The notes under the pieces were generated by a model. That model searched no databases. It had not been told where the DNA came from and worked only from the letters and a program-made list of their open reading frames with translations. The translations under genes were made by a program, and so were the position numbers. From Mustelus asterias (taxonomy: Eukaryota), in the NCBI RefSeq assembly GCF_964213995.1, contig NC_135824.1, positions 30,318,001-30,382,000 of the forward strand: a stretch of DNA of 64,000 nt. The letters are read 5' to 3'. Below are positions 11,958 through 24,666 of the stretch, one piece after another. Position 1 is the first letter of the stretch. Each line of letters begins with the position of its first letter.

Positions 11958-12560
11958 AAATTTCTAGGTGTCCAGATCACCAACAACCTGTCCTGGTTCC
12001 TCTATGCCGACATTATAGTTAAGAAAGCCCACCAACACCTCTACTTCTCAGAAGACTAAGGAAATTTGGTATGTCAACTATGACTCTCACCAACTTTTAC
12101 AGATGCACCATAGAAAACATTCTTTCTGGTGTAGCACAGCTTGGTCTGGCTCCTGCTCTGTCCGAGACCACAAGAAACTACAAAAGGTTGTGAATGTAGC
12201 CCAATCCCTCACGCAAACCAGCCTCCCATCCATTGACTCCATCTACACTTCCCTCTTCCTCGGAAAAGCAGCCTGCATAATTAAGGACCCCACGCACCCC
12301 GGACATTCTCTCTTCCACCTTCTTCTGTCAGGAAAAAGATACAAAAATCTGAGGTCACATACCAACCGACTCAAGAACAGCTTCTTCCCTGCTGCTGTCA
12401 GACTTTTGAATGGACCTACCTCGCATTAAGTTGACCTTTCTCTACACCCTAGCTATGACTGTAACACTACATTCTGCACTCTCTCCTTTCCTTCTCTATG
12501 AATGCTATGCTTTGTCTGTATGTTAATACATGTGACAACAATAAATCAAACCCAATCAAA
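11958..12560 (+). mobile_element. Rex1/Babar LINE 3' fragment inserted in a V-SINE (head 11922-11957, remainder 12561-12818)
   Basis: KFLGV..., IIKDPTHPGHSLF.LL.SGKRY...RLKNSFFPAAVRLLN is typical of the Rex1 C-terminus; (tcaaa)n tail. Confidence 0.85.
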
Positions 12561-13069
12561 TCCTGGGTTCGACTCCTGGCTTGGGTCACTATCTGTGTGG
12601 AGTTTGCACGTTCTCCCCATGTCTGCGTGGGTTTCCTCTGGGTGCTCCGGTTTCCTCGCACAGTCCGAAAGACATGCTGGTTAGGTGCATTGGCTGTGCT
12701 AAATTCTGCCTCGGTGTACCCGAACAGGTGCTGGAGTGTGGCGACTAGGGGAATTTCACAGTAACTTCATTGCAGTGTTAATGTAAGCCTACTTGTGACA
12801 CTAATAAATACACTTTAAACATCAAATAATATTCCTGTTTTTCCATTTTGTTCTGATATTGCACAATCATGGTAAGTAATGACCAAACTAATCATTGTTA
12901 CGCCCCGCTCATCCCCCGTGTCCCAGTTAAAGCACTAGTGGTCGTACACTGGCCTGACACACACAGCTTGCACATTCAAACCACATCCAAGAGCCTCAAA
13001 GACACAATCTCGACTGATAACCAAAGCAGGATGGAAAAGTTGCTGTTTCCCATGAGATGTTAAACGAAA

Positions 13070-13702
13070 AGTTTAAAGTTTATTTGTTAGCCAATGAAGT
13101 TATTGTGGAAATCCCCTAGTCGCCACACTCCGGCACCTGTTCGGGTACACCGAAAGAGAATTTAGCATGGCCAATGCACCTAACCAATACGTCTTTCAGA
13201 CTGGGGGAGGAAACCGGAGCACCCGGAGGAAACCTAAGCAGACACAGGGAGAAAGTGCAGACTCCGCAAAGACAGTAACCCAAGCCAGGAATCGAACCGG
13301 GGCACCCAGCCAGATCTCTGTTCACTGCAGCGGGACTGGAAAATCTTGTTTGCGTGAATGGCCGGAGAAATTCGGTCAAAGCGTCATAATGTTTAAAGTT
13401 TATTTATTTATAGTCACAAGTCGGCTTACCTTAACACTGCAATGAAGTTACTGTGAAAATCCCCTAGTCGCCGCACTCCAGTACCTGTTCGGGTACACTG
13501 AGGGAGAATTTAGCATGGCCAACGCACCTAACAAGCACATCTTTCTGACTGTAGGACGAAACTGGAACACCCGGAGGAAACATTCACAAACATGGTGAGA
13601 ACATGAAAACTCGGCACAGACAGTGACCCAAGCCGGGGTTTGAATCTGGGTCCCTGGTGCTGTGAGGTAGCAGTGCTAACCACTGTGTCACCGTGCCGCC
13701 CC
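13070..13702 (-). mobile_element. Two V-SINEs, tail type B (13070-13305 and 13393-13702)
   Basis: Family match by eye. Confidence 0.85.
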
Positions 13703-14137
13703 TAGCGCCGTGTCCATCCTCGAGGTGGAGAAAAAACTTCCAAAGCTTCTTGTTTTGGTGAATATTTATCCCTGAACCAACTATTTTACAAAGCTCATTC
13801 TCGCACTCCCTGTTTGCTGTGTGCAAACTGGCTGCTGCATTTCTCTGCAGTTCAGAGGTATTCAATTGGTTGCAAAATGCTTTGGGTTGTCTTAACGGTT
13901 TGACAGGTGCTTCGTCAATGCAAATCCTTTCCTGGTGCTGCTGAAACGTGGCTGTAGACGATGGGGATGTCCCAAGGGGAAGGAGGGGGGTCTCGTTATA
14001 GGCTACATTTTCATTTCACCCCCAGCACACACCTTCTGATGCCCTGGTCCTGATGAAGGCTGACAGAGCGGGACAATTCCTTCAGTCTTCTGAGCTCATC
14101 TGCCTATTTAAAACTGCTCCTTGTTCCACAAGTCTCC

Positions 14138-14458
14138 ATAGAATCCCTACAGTGCAGGAGGAGGCCATTTGACCCATCGAGTCTGCACCAACCACAATCC
14201 CTCTCAAATTCTATCCCCTTGGCCTCATGCATTTACCCTGCTAGTCCCCCTGACACTAAGGGGCAATTTAGCGTGGCCAATCCATCTAACCCGCACATCT
14301 TTGGACTGTGGGAGGAAACCGGAGCACCCGGAGGAAACCCACGCAGACACAGGGAGAATGTGCGAACTCCACACAGACAGTGACCCAAGCCGGGAATCGA
14401 ACCCGGGTCCCTGGCGCTGTGAGATAGCAGTGCTAACCACTGAGCCACCGTGCTGCCC
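14138..14458 (-). mobile_element. V-SINE, tail type A
   Basis: Full-length family match. Confidence 0.88.
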
Positions 14459-14977
14459 ATGCACTGGGTGACACAGTGGTGAGCACTGCTGATGCACTGC
14501 CGGCGTTTCGCTCAGGGTGAATGGCAGGCTCCCTCTCAGTGATGGGCTTCTTGCTGGGAGACTCTGCAGCACTGGGGAAATTATCCCTGATCTAGGGACA
14601 TGCCCCATCAAGATAGCACCCAATAAATCCGCTCATTCTTCAGCTGAAGTCCGTCTTAACACATTCAAGAGAATTGTCCGTCTCCCGCAAGAGAAAAATC
14701 AGAGCAACCAGTTTTCAAAGGTCTCACAAAACGCGTACTGTCCCCCTCAGTCCGGGACACCTCAAATCAGAATTTAAGCCTTATTTTGTTAAGGAAGGTT
14801 GATTTGATGAAACAAGGCAACTGCACACAAAAATACCACATGCACACAAACTCCAAACGTTGCAGGGTGTGAGAACAATGAAAGACAGTTACATCTGTAG
14901 TGATAAACTGCATTCAGTGTGAGAAACATCACCAAGTCTGTGAAATCCAACACTTTGCAAGATTCATTCATGCTGCG

Positions 14978-15585
14978 GGAGGTGATGGCCTGGTGGTATT
15001 ATCGCTACACTGTTAATCCAGAAACTCAGCTAATGTTCTGGGGATCCGGGTTCGAATCCCGCCACGGCAGATGGTGGAATTTGAATTCAATAAAAAAATT
15101 AAGTATCTGCTGATGACCATGAAACCATTGCCGATTGTCAGAAAAATCAATCTGGTTTAAAGTTCATTTATTAGTGTCACACAAAGGCTTACGTTAACAC
15201 TGCAATGAAGTTAGTGAAAATCACCTAGTCACCCCACTCTGGCATCTGTTCAGGTAGAGAGAGAGAATTTAGCATGGCCAATGCACCCAATCAGCACGTC
15301 TTTTGGACTGTGGGAGAAAACTGGAGGAAACCCAGACACAGGAAGAACATGCAGACTCTGCATAGACAGTGACCCAAGCTGAGAATCAAACCCGGGTCTC
15401 TAGCACTGTGAGGCAGCAGTGCGAACCACTGTGCCACTGTATTCACTAATGTCCTTTAAAGAAGGAAATCTGCCATCCTTACCTGGTCTGGCCTACATGT
15501 GACTCCAGCAACGTGGTTGGCTCTCAACTGCCCTCCAAGGGCAACTTGGGTGTGCAATAAATTCTGGCCAGCCAGCGACACAGTG
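14978..15585 (+). mobile_element. Third-type SINE with nested minus-strand type B V-SINE (15157-15440)
   Basis: The host resumes at ttcactaatgtccttt after the insert. Confidence 0.8.
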
Positions 15586-17305
15586 TCGGTCTTCACGGTA
15601 GAGGACACAAATAGCTTACCGAAAATTGACGGTCGTGGGACTGTAGGGGGTGAGGTCCTTAAAATGATTACCATTACTAAAGATGTTGTGCTTGGTAGGC
15701 TAATGGGACTAAAGATAGACAAGTCCCCGGGCCCGAATGGAATGCATCCCAGGGTAATGAAAGAAATGGCAGAAGTAATAGCGGATGCGTTGGTTGTAAT
15801 TTATCAAAATTCGCTGGACTCTGGGGAAGTGCCGGCTGATTGGAAAACAGCTAATGTGATGCCACTGTTTAAAAAAGGAGGTAGACAAAAGGTGGGTAAC
15901 TACAGACCGGTTAGCTTAACGTCCGTAGTTGGGAAATTGCTGGAGTCATCATTAAAGAAGAAATAGCAGGACACCTGGAAAACAATGGTTCGATCAAGCA
16001 GACGCAGCATGGATTCATGAAGGGAAAGTCGTGTTTGACGAATTTACTGGATTTTTATGAATATGTAACGAGTGCGGTTGACAGAGGGGAACCGGTGGAT
16101 GTGGTGTTTTTGGATTTCCAGAACGCGTTCGATAAGGTGCCTCACAAAAGGTTGCTGCAGAACATTAAGGTACACTGAGTTGGGGGGTAAAGTGTTAGCG
16201 TGGATTGAGGATTGGCTATCTAACAGGAAGCAGAGAGTTGGAATAAATGGGAGCTTTTCTGGTTGGCAGTTGGTGACCAGTGGCGTGCCGCAGGGATCAG
16301 TGCTGGGGCCTCAACTGGTTACCATATACATAGACGATCTTGAGGAGGGGATCGAGTGTAGGGTAACAAAGTTTACGGATGACACAAAGATGAGTGGGAA
16401 AGCGAATTGCGTGGAGGATGCGGAAAGTCTGCAGAGAGATTTGGACAGGCTAAGTGAGTGGGCAAGGATCTGGCAGATGGAGTATAACGATCACATGTGA
16501 GAGGTTATCCACTTTGGAAGGAATAATAGTAAAATGGACTATTTAAATAGTGAAAAATTACAACATGCTACTGTGCAGGGGGACCTGGAGGTCCTTGTGC
16601 ATGAATTGCAAAAATTCAGTTTGCAGGTGCAGCAGGTGATCAAGGCGGCAAATGGAATGTTGGCCTTTATCGCGAAGGGGATGGAGTATAAAAGCAGGGA
16701 GGTCTTGCTGCAACTGTACAGGATACTGGTGAGGCCGCATCTAGAGTAGTGTGTGCAATTTTGGTCCCCTTGTTTGTGAAAGGATATATTGGCCTTGGAG
16801 GGAGTACAGAGAAGGTTCAACTAGGTTGATACCAGAGATGAGGGGGTTAGCTTATGAGGAGAGATTGAGTAGATTGGGCCTGTACTCGTTGGAGTTTAGA
16901 AGGCTAAGGGGAGATCTTATAGAGACATATAAGATAATGAAGGGGCTAGACAGGGTAGAGGCAGAGAGATTCTTTCCACTTAGAAAGGAAACAAGAACTA
17001 GAGGATACAGCCTCAAAATAAGGGGGAGTCAGTTTAGAACAGAGTTGAGGAGGAACTTCTTCTTCTCAGAGGGTAATGAATCTCTGGAATTCTTTGCCCA
17101 TTGAAGCAGTGGAGGCTACCTCGTTAAATATATCTAAGACACAGGTAGATAGATTTCTGATCAATAAGGGAATTAAGGGTTATGGGGAGCGGGCAGGTAA
17201 GTGGAACTAAACCACTATCAGATCAGCCATGATCTTATTGAATGGCGGGACAAGCTTGAGGGGCTAGATGGCCTACTTCTGCCCCTATTTCTTATGTACT
17301 TATGA
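15578..17305 (+). mobile_element. CR1 LINE ORF2 (RT) fragment, frameshifted, with 3' tail
   Basis: KSPGPNGMHPRV.KE, NYRPVSLTSVVGKLLE, SGVPQGSVLGP, FTDDTK; several stops and frameshifts; cttatg tail. Confidence 0.95.
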
Positions 17306-18347
17306 CACCCATATCCCACTAATGAATAAAAAATAAGCCAACCAGCAAAATAAAAAGACGACAACATTGAGGTCTGAATATTGTACATTTAAACAGGATG
17401 GCTTTTGCCTTTTGCACTGTACTTTTTGAGAATGGAAAATTTGATACAGGCAGAGAAACATCTTTTTTTGCCTCGTTTTGATTTCATTACAGGTTTAAGT
17501 TTTATTTCAGAGTTCCAGCCTCCGCTGTATTTTGCTTTTATTTGCATGACTGAAATGGTCATCAGCTACTTCACTCATAATAGGAGAATACCGGGGAAAA
17601 CAAATTCACTCCAAATGGAAGCTTCACTTTACTCTTCAATGAGTTATCTTGAACAAGGGACCTGTGGAAGAAAACCGGAGCACCCAGAGGAAACCCACGC
17701 AGGCAGGTGGAGAATGTGCAGACTCCGCACAGACAGTGACCCAAGCCGAGAATCAAACCCGAGTCCCCGGCGTTGTGAGGCAGCAGTGTGAACCACTGTG
17801 CTACCGTGTTCACTAATGTCCTTCAGGGAAGGAAATCTGCCGTCCTTACCTGGTCTGACCCACATGCGACTCATCAGTTCACTTGTACAGTTCTGATAAA
17901 GCATAGTTTGAATGGCGAACAGTTGCATTTTTAAAATCAAGAATGCTTTATTAAGACTTAACAAATTACAGCTGCTAAGAGAAAAATACATTTTGAAATT
18001 TTATCTACGTTTCGACCATTTGCAGTAATACAATTTCACAATGAAATTAATGGACAAATCCAGTTGGTGTGTATAAAGTAACATACATGGCAAAGCAAAC
18101 AAGATACATGATAAAATCATTCCATGTTCATCGCATTAATATCAAGGCATTTTATCTGAGTATTTGGAGAAGCCAGTAATCTTTCGGAATAGTTCAGATT
18201 AAACATAGGGAAGCTTTCAATGTCACTGGTAACTAATTTAATCCAAATTGTGATGGTTATTCCTGATTAATAATAGTGTTGCCAATTCAATAAATAGTTA
18301 CATAAATCACGGTCATAAATTAGTAGGCACGGATTAATCTTCTGCAT

Positions 18348-18528
18348 CAAAAACAGAAAATGCTGGAAAATCTCAGTACGTCTGACAGCATCATTAGGGG
18401 ACGGTGTGTCATCCAGACTCGAAACATTGGCTCTATTCTCTCTCCACAGATGCTGTTGGACGTGCTGAGATTTTCCAGCATTTTCTGTTTTTGTTTCAGA
18501 TTCCAGCATCGGCAGCATTTTGTTTTTG
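18348..18528. mobile_element. PLE family 2 inverted terminal-repeat insertion
   Basis: Inverted arms of about 45 bp (18348-18391 and 18449-18493); only the right arm has a ~35-nt extension. Partial hammerhead remnant gactc-GAAACATT-ggct. Confidence 0.7.
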
Positions 18529-18834
18529 TCATAATCTTAAATTAATGCTTAAATTCAACGGACATCAAATGTAATCGCACATCGAATGATGCCTCCTAAA
18601 ACATATTGCTGACAGACCAATCTTCTAAAGCAAGATATTGGTGGAGTTCTAAGATGAAGGGGAAATCGTAGATATCTATGAGCAGTTCCAGAAAATCAGA
18701 TTGAGTTGGCAGTAGGATGTAAAACACCTCCAAAGTTACAACTCATTTTGAAGGGTTCCTCCGACGTTTTGTTTTGAGATTCAACATTGCACATTATCCA
18801 GGATTACTACAATCTACTTCTCGATTAGTTTTTA

Positions 18835-19130
18835 AGTTTTCAGTTTATTAGTGCCACAAGTAGGGTTACATTAACACTGCAATGAAGTTACTGTGAAAAT
18901 CCCCTAGTCGCCACACTCCGGCACCTGTTCGGGAACACGGAGGGAGAATTTAGCATGGCCAATGCATCCAACCAGAACATCTTTTGGACTGTGGGAGGAA
19001 ACCAGAGCACCCGGAGGAAACCCACGCAGGCACGAGGAGAATGTGCAGACTCCGCACAGACTGTGACCCAAGTCGGGAATCGAACCTGGGTCTCTGGCGC
19101 TGAGGCAGCAGTGCTAACCACTGTGCCATG
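18835..19130 (-). mobile_element. V-SINE, tail type B
   Basis: Family match. Confidence 0.85.
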
Positions 19131-20823
19131 ATCTGACCTTTCAGTCACTGGAGCATCATGTTCCTACTCTGTTGTGTCACTTTTGTTGCTGCGGGCTGGT
19201 GGATAGCTATTTTCTTTGAATTATCGGGAGTCACTCAAGATCTCATAAAGCAGCTAAACAGAGTTAACTTGCATTTTGGCATTGCAAGAATTTATGTAAA
19301 ACACCGCAACACCCAAATTATTCAGGATATGGAATTCTGTTCATTATCTTCAATGAATTATTAGTGAAGGACTGAAAGCTTGGTAGCAGTTTGTCCTCCT
19401 TTCTATCTCAATAATAGATGAAATATCTCCCAATCAAGATCTGGAAAAGCCTCGTGTCTTGATTATTTTGTTCTTTTCCTTGTGTGCGTTTGTTTTCTGA
19501 GGGGACCCAGAGCGCGAAAATGCTGGGTGCAGAGTAAACAGAGTTTTCCTACTGAACCCAGGGAGGCCCAACCCAGAAGAGGTGAAGTGATTTCTAAGAA
19601 AGGAACATTGTGCGATGTTAAAATGGAGAAAACACTGGATAACTGTTCACTACCTTATTTCAGAACCCTATAAATTTTCCACGCACAATGGATACTATTT
19701 GCGTGCTGAAATTAGTCCAAAAACAACTTGCGCGAGATGCAAGCACGCATTGTGTGAACGTTTCAACTGAAATGGGCCACAAAGCCATTTTGCTTGTGCC
19801 CATTATCCTGATTTCTGCGGCTACAGGCATTAATCAAACGTGCCTCTGAGGTGACATGCAAAGATTCAGAGGTATGCGAAACGACTGTGCACTTTTGAAA
19901 ACACTTTTGGGAGTGTTTTAAGTCAGGTTCAGTGGCCCAGGAAGAATGGAGCTATTCAGTCACTCTTGAAAGAACAGGGGGAGCGGGGGATAGAGGCTGC
20001 CAAAGAAAAAGGGTGTATCACAAGAATCAGGCTTGTGGGTTACTGAGGAAGGACAACATGGCCATTCTGAAAGCAAGACACTACATGACACGAAGGAGAA
20101 TTGACCACAATTATATAAATAACTACTGGACTGGGAGCTTGTGCCATGTGCAGGCAGCATCACATTAACACGGTTAGCCACACATGCCTTGCTGACTAAA
20201 AGCTAGAGATTTCAAAGATCGTTCAATGGGAATATGAATACCTGTGAAAACAAAACTGTGCCTAACCAATTCATTCTACAGAAAATGCTGAGCTCCCGAG
20301 GGTTTCTGAAGTAACATTGGTCACAAGAACAGAGCCTTCTGCTTGGGATCCCAATACACGTGAAAAGCCACCACACTACCTGAAGCCCCAAACATAAGCT
20401 GAGATCTCTGCACAAGTGTCCTTTCAATCTACTCTTCCCATAGGAATGGCTGCCACTGGTCCAAGCTGGGACCTGTTTTAAGTGTGGACGGACAGCAGCC
20501 AAGCTCAAGGATTGGTTAGCATTGGAGCTCAACAAAATGGATGACGCTGCACTTAACCAGAAGATAGTGGTACGCTCTCCCTTACTTGCCCCGTAATATA
20601 GACAACACCATTTTAAGGACATTAGATTTCAGAGTTACATGAAGTTAAATGGAATGACCATCAGCCCGATGGCTGGGTAAATGTGACTGAATATTTCTGA
20701 TGACCAAGACATCACAACACCATGGACTGCCAACTCGTAAAGTATAGCAGTGAACATAAGACACATAAGAAATAGAAGGCTGGTTGGCCCTTGAACCCGC
20801 TCCGTCATTCAATATGATCATGG

Positions 20824-21021
20824 TGTGGAGTTGCCGGCGTTGGACAGTAAGTAGTCTCACAACACCAGGTTAAAGTCCAACAGGCTTATTTGGTAGCACG
20901 AGCTTTCGGAGCGTTGCCCCGATTCGTTGCCCAGACTCACCTGATGAAGGGGCAACGCTCCGAAAGCTCATGCTACCAAATAGACCTGTTGGACTTTAAC
21001 CTGGTGTTGTGAGACTACTTA
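20824..21021. mobile_element. PLE family 1 inverted pLTR insertion with 14-bp TSD and hammerhead motif (+, 20937-20973)
   Basis: Inverted arms of about 70 bp; TSD caata(t/c)gatcatgg at 20810-20823 and 21022-21035. Confidence 0.85.
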
Positions 21022-21299
21022 CAATACGATCATGGCTGATCTTCCACCCCACTCTCCCGCCCAATCCCCACATCTCCCGATTCCCAAGAAGTTCAATCCT
21101 GAGAAAATCTATGAACGGGAACAAATCAAGTTTCTCATCGTGCTGACATCATGCAGTTAATGAATGGAAGCTAATGATTTTTTCTTTAAATAGAACACAG
21201 CGCATCGAACGTTACCCTGCAGGGTCAACGTAAAATAAAACAACAGGATGGCTGTAGGTAATCTGCTATTAACATAAAGGAAGAACGCCAAATCAGCTT

Positions 21300-21740
21300 A
21301 GCTGTGGCTCAGTGGTTGTATTTGCACCTCAGATGGTCAAAAGGTTGCAGGTTCAAGTCCCCACTCCAAGTACATGATCTAAGCTGGCACTCCAGTGCAG
21401 TACTGATGGGAGTGCTGCACAGTTCAAAGTCCTGTCTTTCAGGTGAGCTCTTGAACCTGTTTGCCCTCTCGGGTGTGGGTAGAGGATCCCGTGCAACTGT
21501 TCAGAGGAACAGCTGGGGACTTCTCACCTGTGTGGTGGCCAATATTTATCCCTCAGCACAACACCAATAAACAGATTACCTGGCCATGATCAGATCGCTA
21601 TTTGTGGGATCTTGCTGTGCGCAAATGAGCTGCCACGTTCCCTACATTACAACAGCAACTACACTTAAAAGAAAAAGTACTTCATTGGCTGTTAAACCCT
21701 TTGGGGATGTCCTGAGATAAAGGTGCTATATAAATGAAAT
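21300..21740 (+). mobile_element. DeuSINE-like (SacSINE/AmnSINE-related) element
   Basis: tRNA head, Deu-like ggccaatatttatccctca segment, gctatataaatg tail; related copy at 56095-56400. Confidence 0.65.
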
Positions 21741-21879
21741 ATTTTTTAAAAATGAGACCACAAAGCTGGACTTTAAATATAGACCACAAGCAGTGTTTAA
21801 CCTGCACTGCAATAAAAATCAGCAGACCTGTAGCCGAGGATGGTTTAACGCGCTGGACATTGTTGCCAGGAAGGTGTCC

Positions 21880-22290
21880 AGTCAGGCAATGAAGAAAAGA
21901 CACTTGGTTCTGGCCCTATCTAAAAGACAGGTCTTAAGCAGTGCCTTGAAGGAGGAGAGTGAGGCAGAGAGGTGTACAGAGGGAATTCCAGAGCTTGGGG
22001 CCTGGGCATGGCCACCAAGGATGGTGGGACTGAAACTCAGGATACACAAGAAGCCAGGATTAGAGGAGCACAGAGATCGCAGAGAGTTGTGGAGCTGGAG
22101 GAGATTACTGAGATAGGGAGGGATAAGGCCACGGAGGGATTTAAAAACAAGGATGGTAATTTTAAAATCAAGACATTGCTCAGCCAGGAGTCAATAAAGG
22201 TCAGAGCAAAGAGGTGCTGGGGGAAAAGAATATGGAATGAGTTGGGACATGGGCAGCAAAGTGTCAGATGACCTCAAGTTTATGGAACCA
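21880..22290 (-). mobile_element. Decayed L2-like LINE 3' fragment
   Basis: Purine-rich antisense pattern (gggaattccagagc...) typical of L2 ends. Confidence 0.5.
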
Positions 22291-22918
22291 TAGATCAAGT
22301 TGCATTTTTAGAAAATAATTGAGTGATTTCTCTGATCATTGATCTGAATGGGATGAGGCAGTCTATAGGGGAGTTTCCAGAATGGTTCTCTACTGAAGAA
22401 ATCTATTAGTGTGCTACAGTGCTAGAAAAGTAACAGCCATCAGTATTCAACAAGGAGGGCCCAATCAAATAGTCATGTTTCGGTGGACCCCAGAAGTCCC
22501 TGTTGCTGCAATTTAATCTTACATCGAAAATCTTCAGTAAAAAGCTGTTGGGTTTACACTCAAAAGGTTGGAGTTTCACAGTTCCTGGCGCAGTTCACCA
22601 AAGGAACTGTATTATCCACCGTCGTGAAACTCCACCCGAAAGAATGTAGAACAAGGAAACACAAGGAGGGGAATTAAATGTAGAAGCATAGAAGTTCTTC
22701 AAACCCAAAGTGCTATTTAAAAGTGTCCAGTCATTCATTATACAGACATGTGCCCATCGCGGTTGTGTTTTGGTGGCAGGTAACTTTGGTTGGTGCCAGC
22801 AGGCTGAAAAATTCCATTAATAAACCTGATTACGAGCCACCCTATGACACTCAGACAGCAGGAAACAAACACAACTCAGAGCTAATTCTGCACTGGCAAA
22901 TATGACAAAAGGAGGGAA

Positions 22919-23415
22919 TGTGAAGTTGTACGAACTAAGGAATAGCATGATGGGAAAATTGGTCAGCTATTTGGTACAATATAAGCAAGGCTGACTCCGC
23001 ATAACTTAAGGCTGTATGAATAAATAAAAGAAAAGGTCAGGGATGACGGAGTCACCGACCTTCTGCTGTTACATCAAAGGACAAGATAAGGGTATGAATG
23101 ATGAGACAAAGAGTTCAAGGAGGTCAGCAAGTTATGACATGATTAATGACATTGCTTATGATTCTATTACTAATCGAATTCCTGAATATGCTCTGGTCAT
23201 GCAAACTGATAATGATTATGTATAAATACTGAACTGATTCTTTGTGTAATTGTGGACTTGGAGGAATTAGCAAGTTATACCAACTGCTCTCTGAACTCAA
23301 GTTTTCAGCCAAAGCTGCATGCAGTCTTTCGGAAATAAAGGCTAGTTAATTAGTCAAAACGAATTTTGTTGAGTCTTTCTATCAGTCAAGAAGCAGGAAA
23401 GTTTCCACTTCAACA
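22919..23415 (+). mobile_element. Probable solo LTR (about 497 bp)
   Basis: TGTGAAGT...ACTTCAACA inverted termini; TATAAA near 23221; AATAAA near 23334. TSD unclear. Confidence 0.55.
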
Positions 23416-23618
23416 GTGAGTTATGGCCACAATGCTCCCAGCAGCACAGGATTATTCCACATACGTGCTGCAATCTATACCGAAACGGTCAGAGTTAGCC
23501 GCACAAATCTTAACGTTGAGAAAACAAACCACGACATCTGGGCTTTTGTGTAATGCACAACACATTTCTTCACCCAAGGAAGTTGTGGAAGCAGAATTTA
23601 ACTGCTTTAAAAGATCAA

Positions 23619-24034
23619 GGTTGGAATTTTCCTGTCCCGCCCACCACGGGAATTGGAGCAGGCAATGGAAAGGTCCGTTGACCTCGGATGGGATTTTACG
23701 GTTTTGGGATGAACAGGGCTGTAAAATACCATCCCAGAAGTTTTCAGTAGATCATGAAGTCGCAGATCCTCAAATACATATAAAATATTAAGCTCAAATG
23801 AGTTTTCTTCTGAGGAAAATACTTAAGTAAAGCTTGAGATGTAAAAGGGGCAAAGAGTTAAAATCTGATTTGCAACTATTTTTATGTCAACTCAGGATCA
23901 TAGGTAGGGTGGAAGGTTCCAGTCACGCTCACCCCAAAACCAGAATATCCCACCCAAGGTCGACGGACCTTTCCATGGTCCAGCCCTCACCCACTATGAT
24001 TCCCGTGGCGGGTGGAATGGGAAAATTCACCCCA
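23619..24034. mobile_element. Two short GC-rich MITEs in opposite orientation (23619-23735, 23905-24034)
   Basis: Shared core ccacgggaat...atggaaaggtccgt.gacct.gg.tgggat; related copies near 3602-3790 and 56405-56528. Confidence 0.65.
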
Positions 24035-24412
24035 TAATATCTAGTTCTGGACAAACAACCAAATAGGACTGTTGCTGATGAGACTGAGCAGGTCAGGCAG
24101 TATCTGCCATGTGAACACAAGACTTGAGGTTCTGGAGGAAGGATTCTAGATTCTGTGCTCTCACCGGGTGCAGACTGTTTCTAACGTGCCCTGTTTATCT
24201 TTCAGTATCCGAACATCCAAACTGTACAGGTGATACGGGGATTTACTCCAAGTCCATAGGATGGATGGATAACAAAAGGAAATGAAAGAGAAAGGCAAGA
24301 TCCAAGAAAATAGATGAGACTAGCAATAAACTAAAGAGTGACAGTGATTGCACAAGGAACAATTTCAAAACTAGAATTTCAGAGTGAAGCATAGCTTTGA
24401 ATATTCATTCTA

Positions 24413-24666
24413 AGTTTAAGTTTATCATCACCTAGTCACCACACTCTGCCACCTGTTCGGGTACACTGAGGGAGAATTTAGCATGGCCAATGTGCACCTA
24501 ACCAGCACGTCTTTTGGACTGTGGGAGGAAATCAGAGCACCTAGAGGAAACCCATGCAGACACAGGGAGAACGTGCAAACTCCACACTCCACATAGACAG
24601 TGACCCAAGCCGGATCCCTGGCACTGTGAGGCAGCAGTGCTAACCACTGTGTCACCGTGCCGCCCT
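24413..24666 (-). mobile_element. V-SINE, tail type B
   Basis: Family match with deletions. Confidence 0.8.

Noticed and set aside
14045-14080. CTGATGA as another hammerhead
   Set aside because: No stem II-GAAA or stem I partner follows.
14225-14623. Recurrent ORFs such as QWLALLPHSARDPGS and CGRKPEHPEETHAD
   Set aside because: Translations of V-SINE copies, not a protein family.
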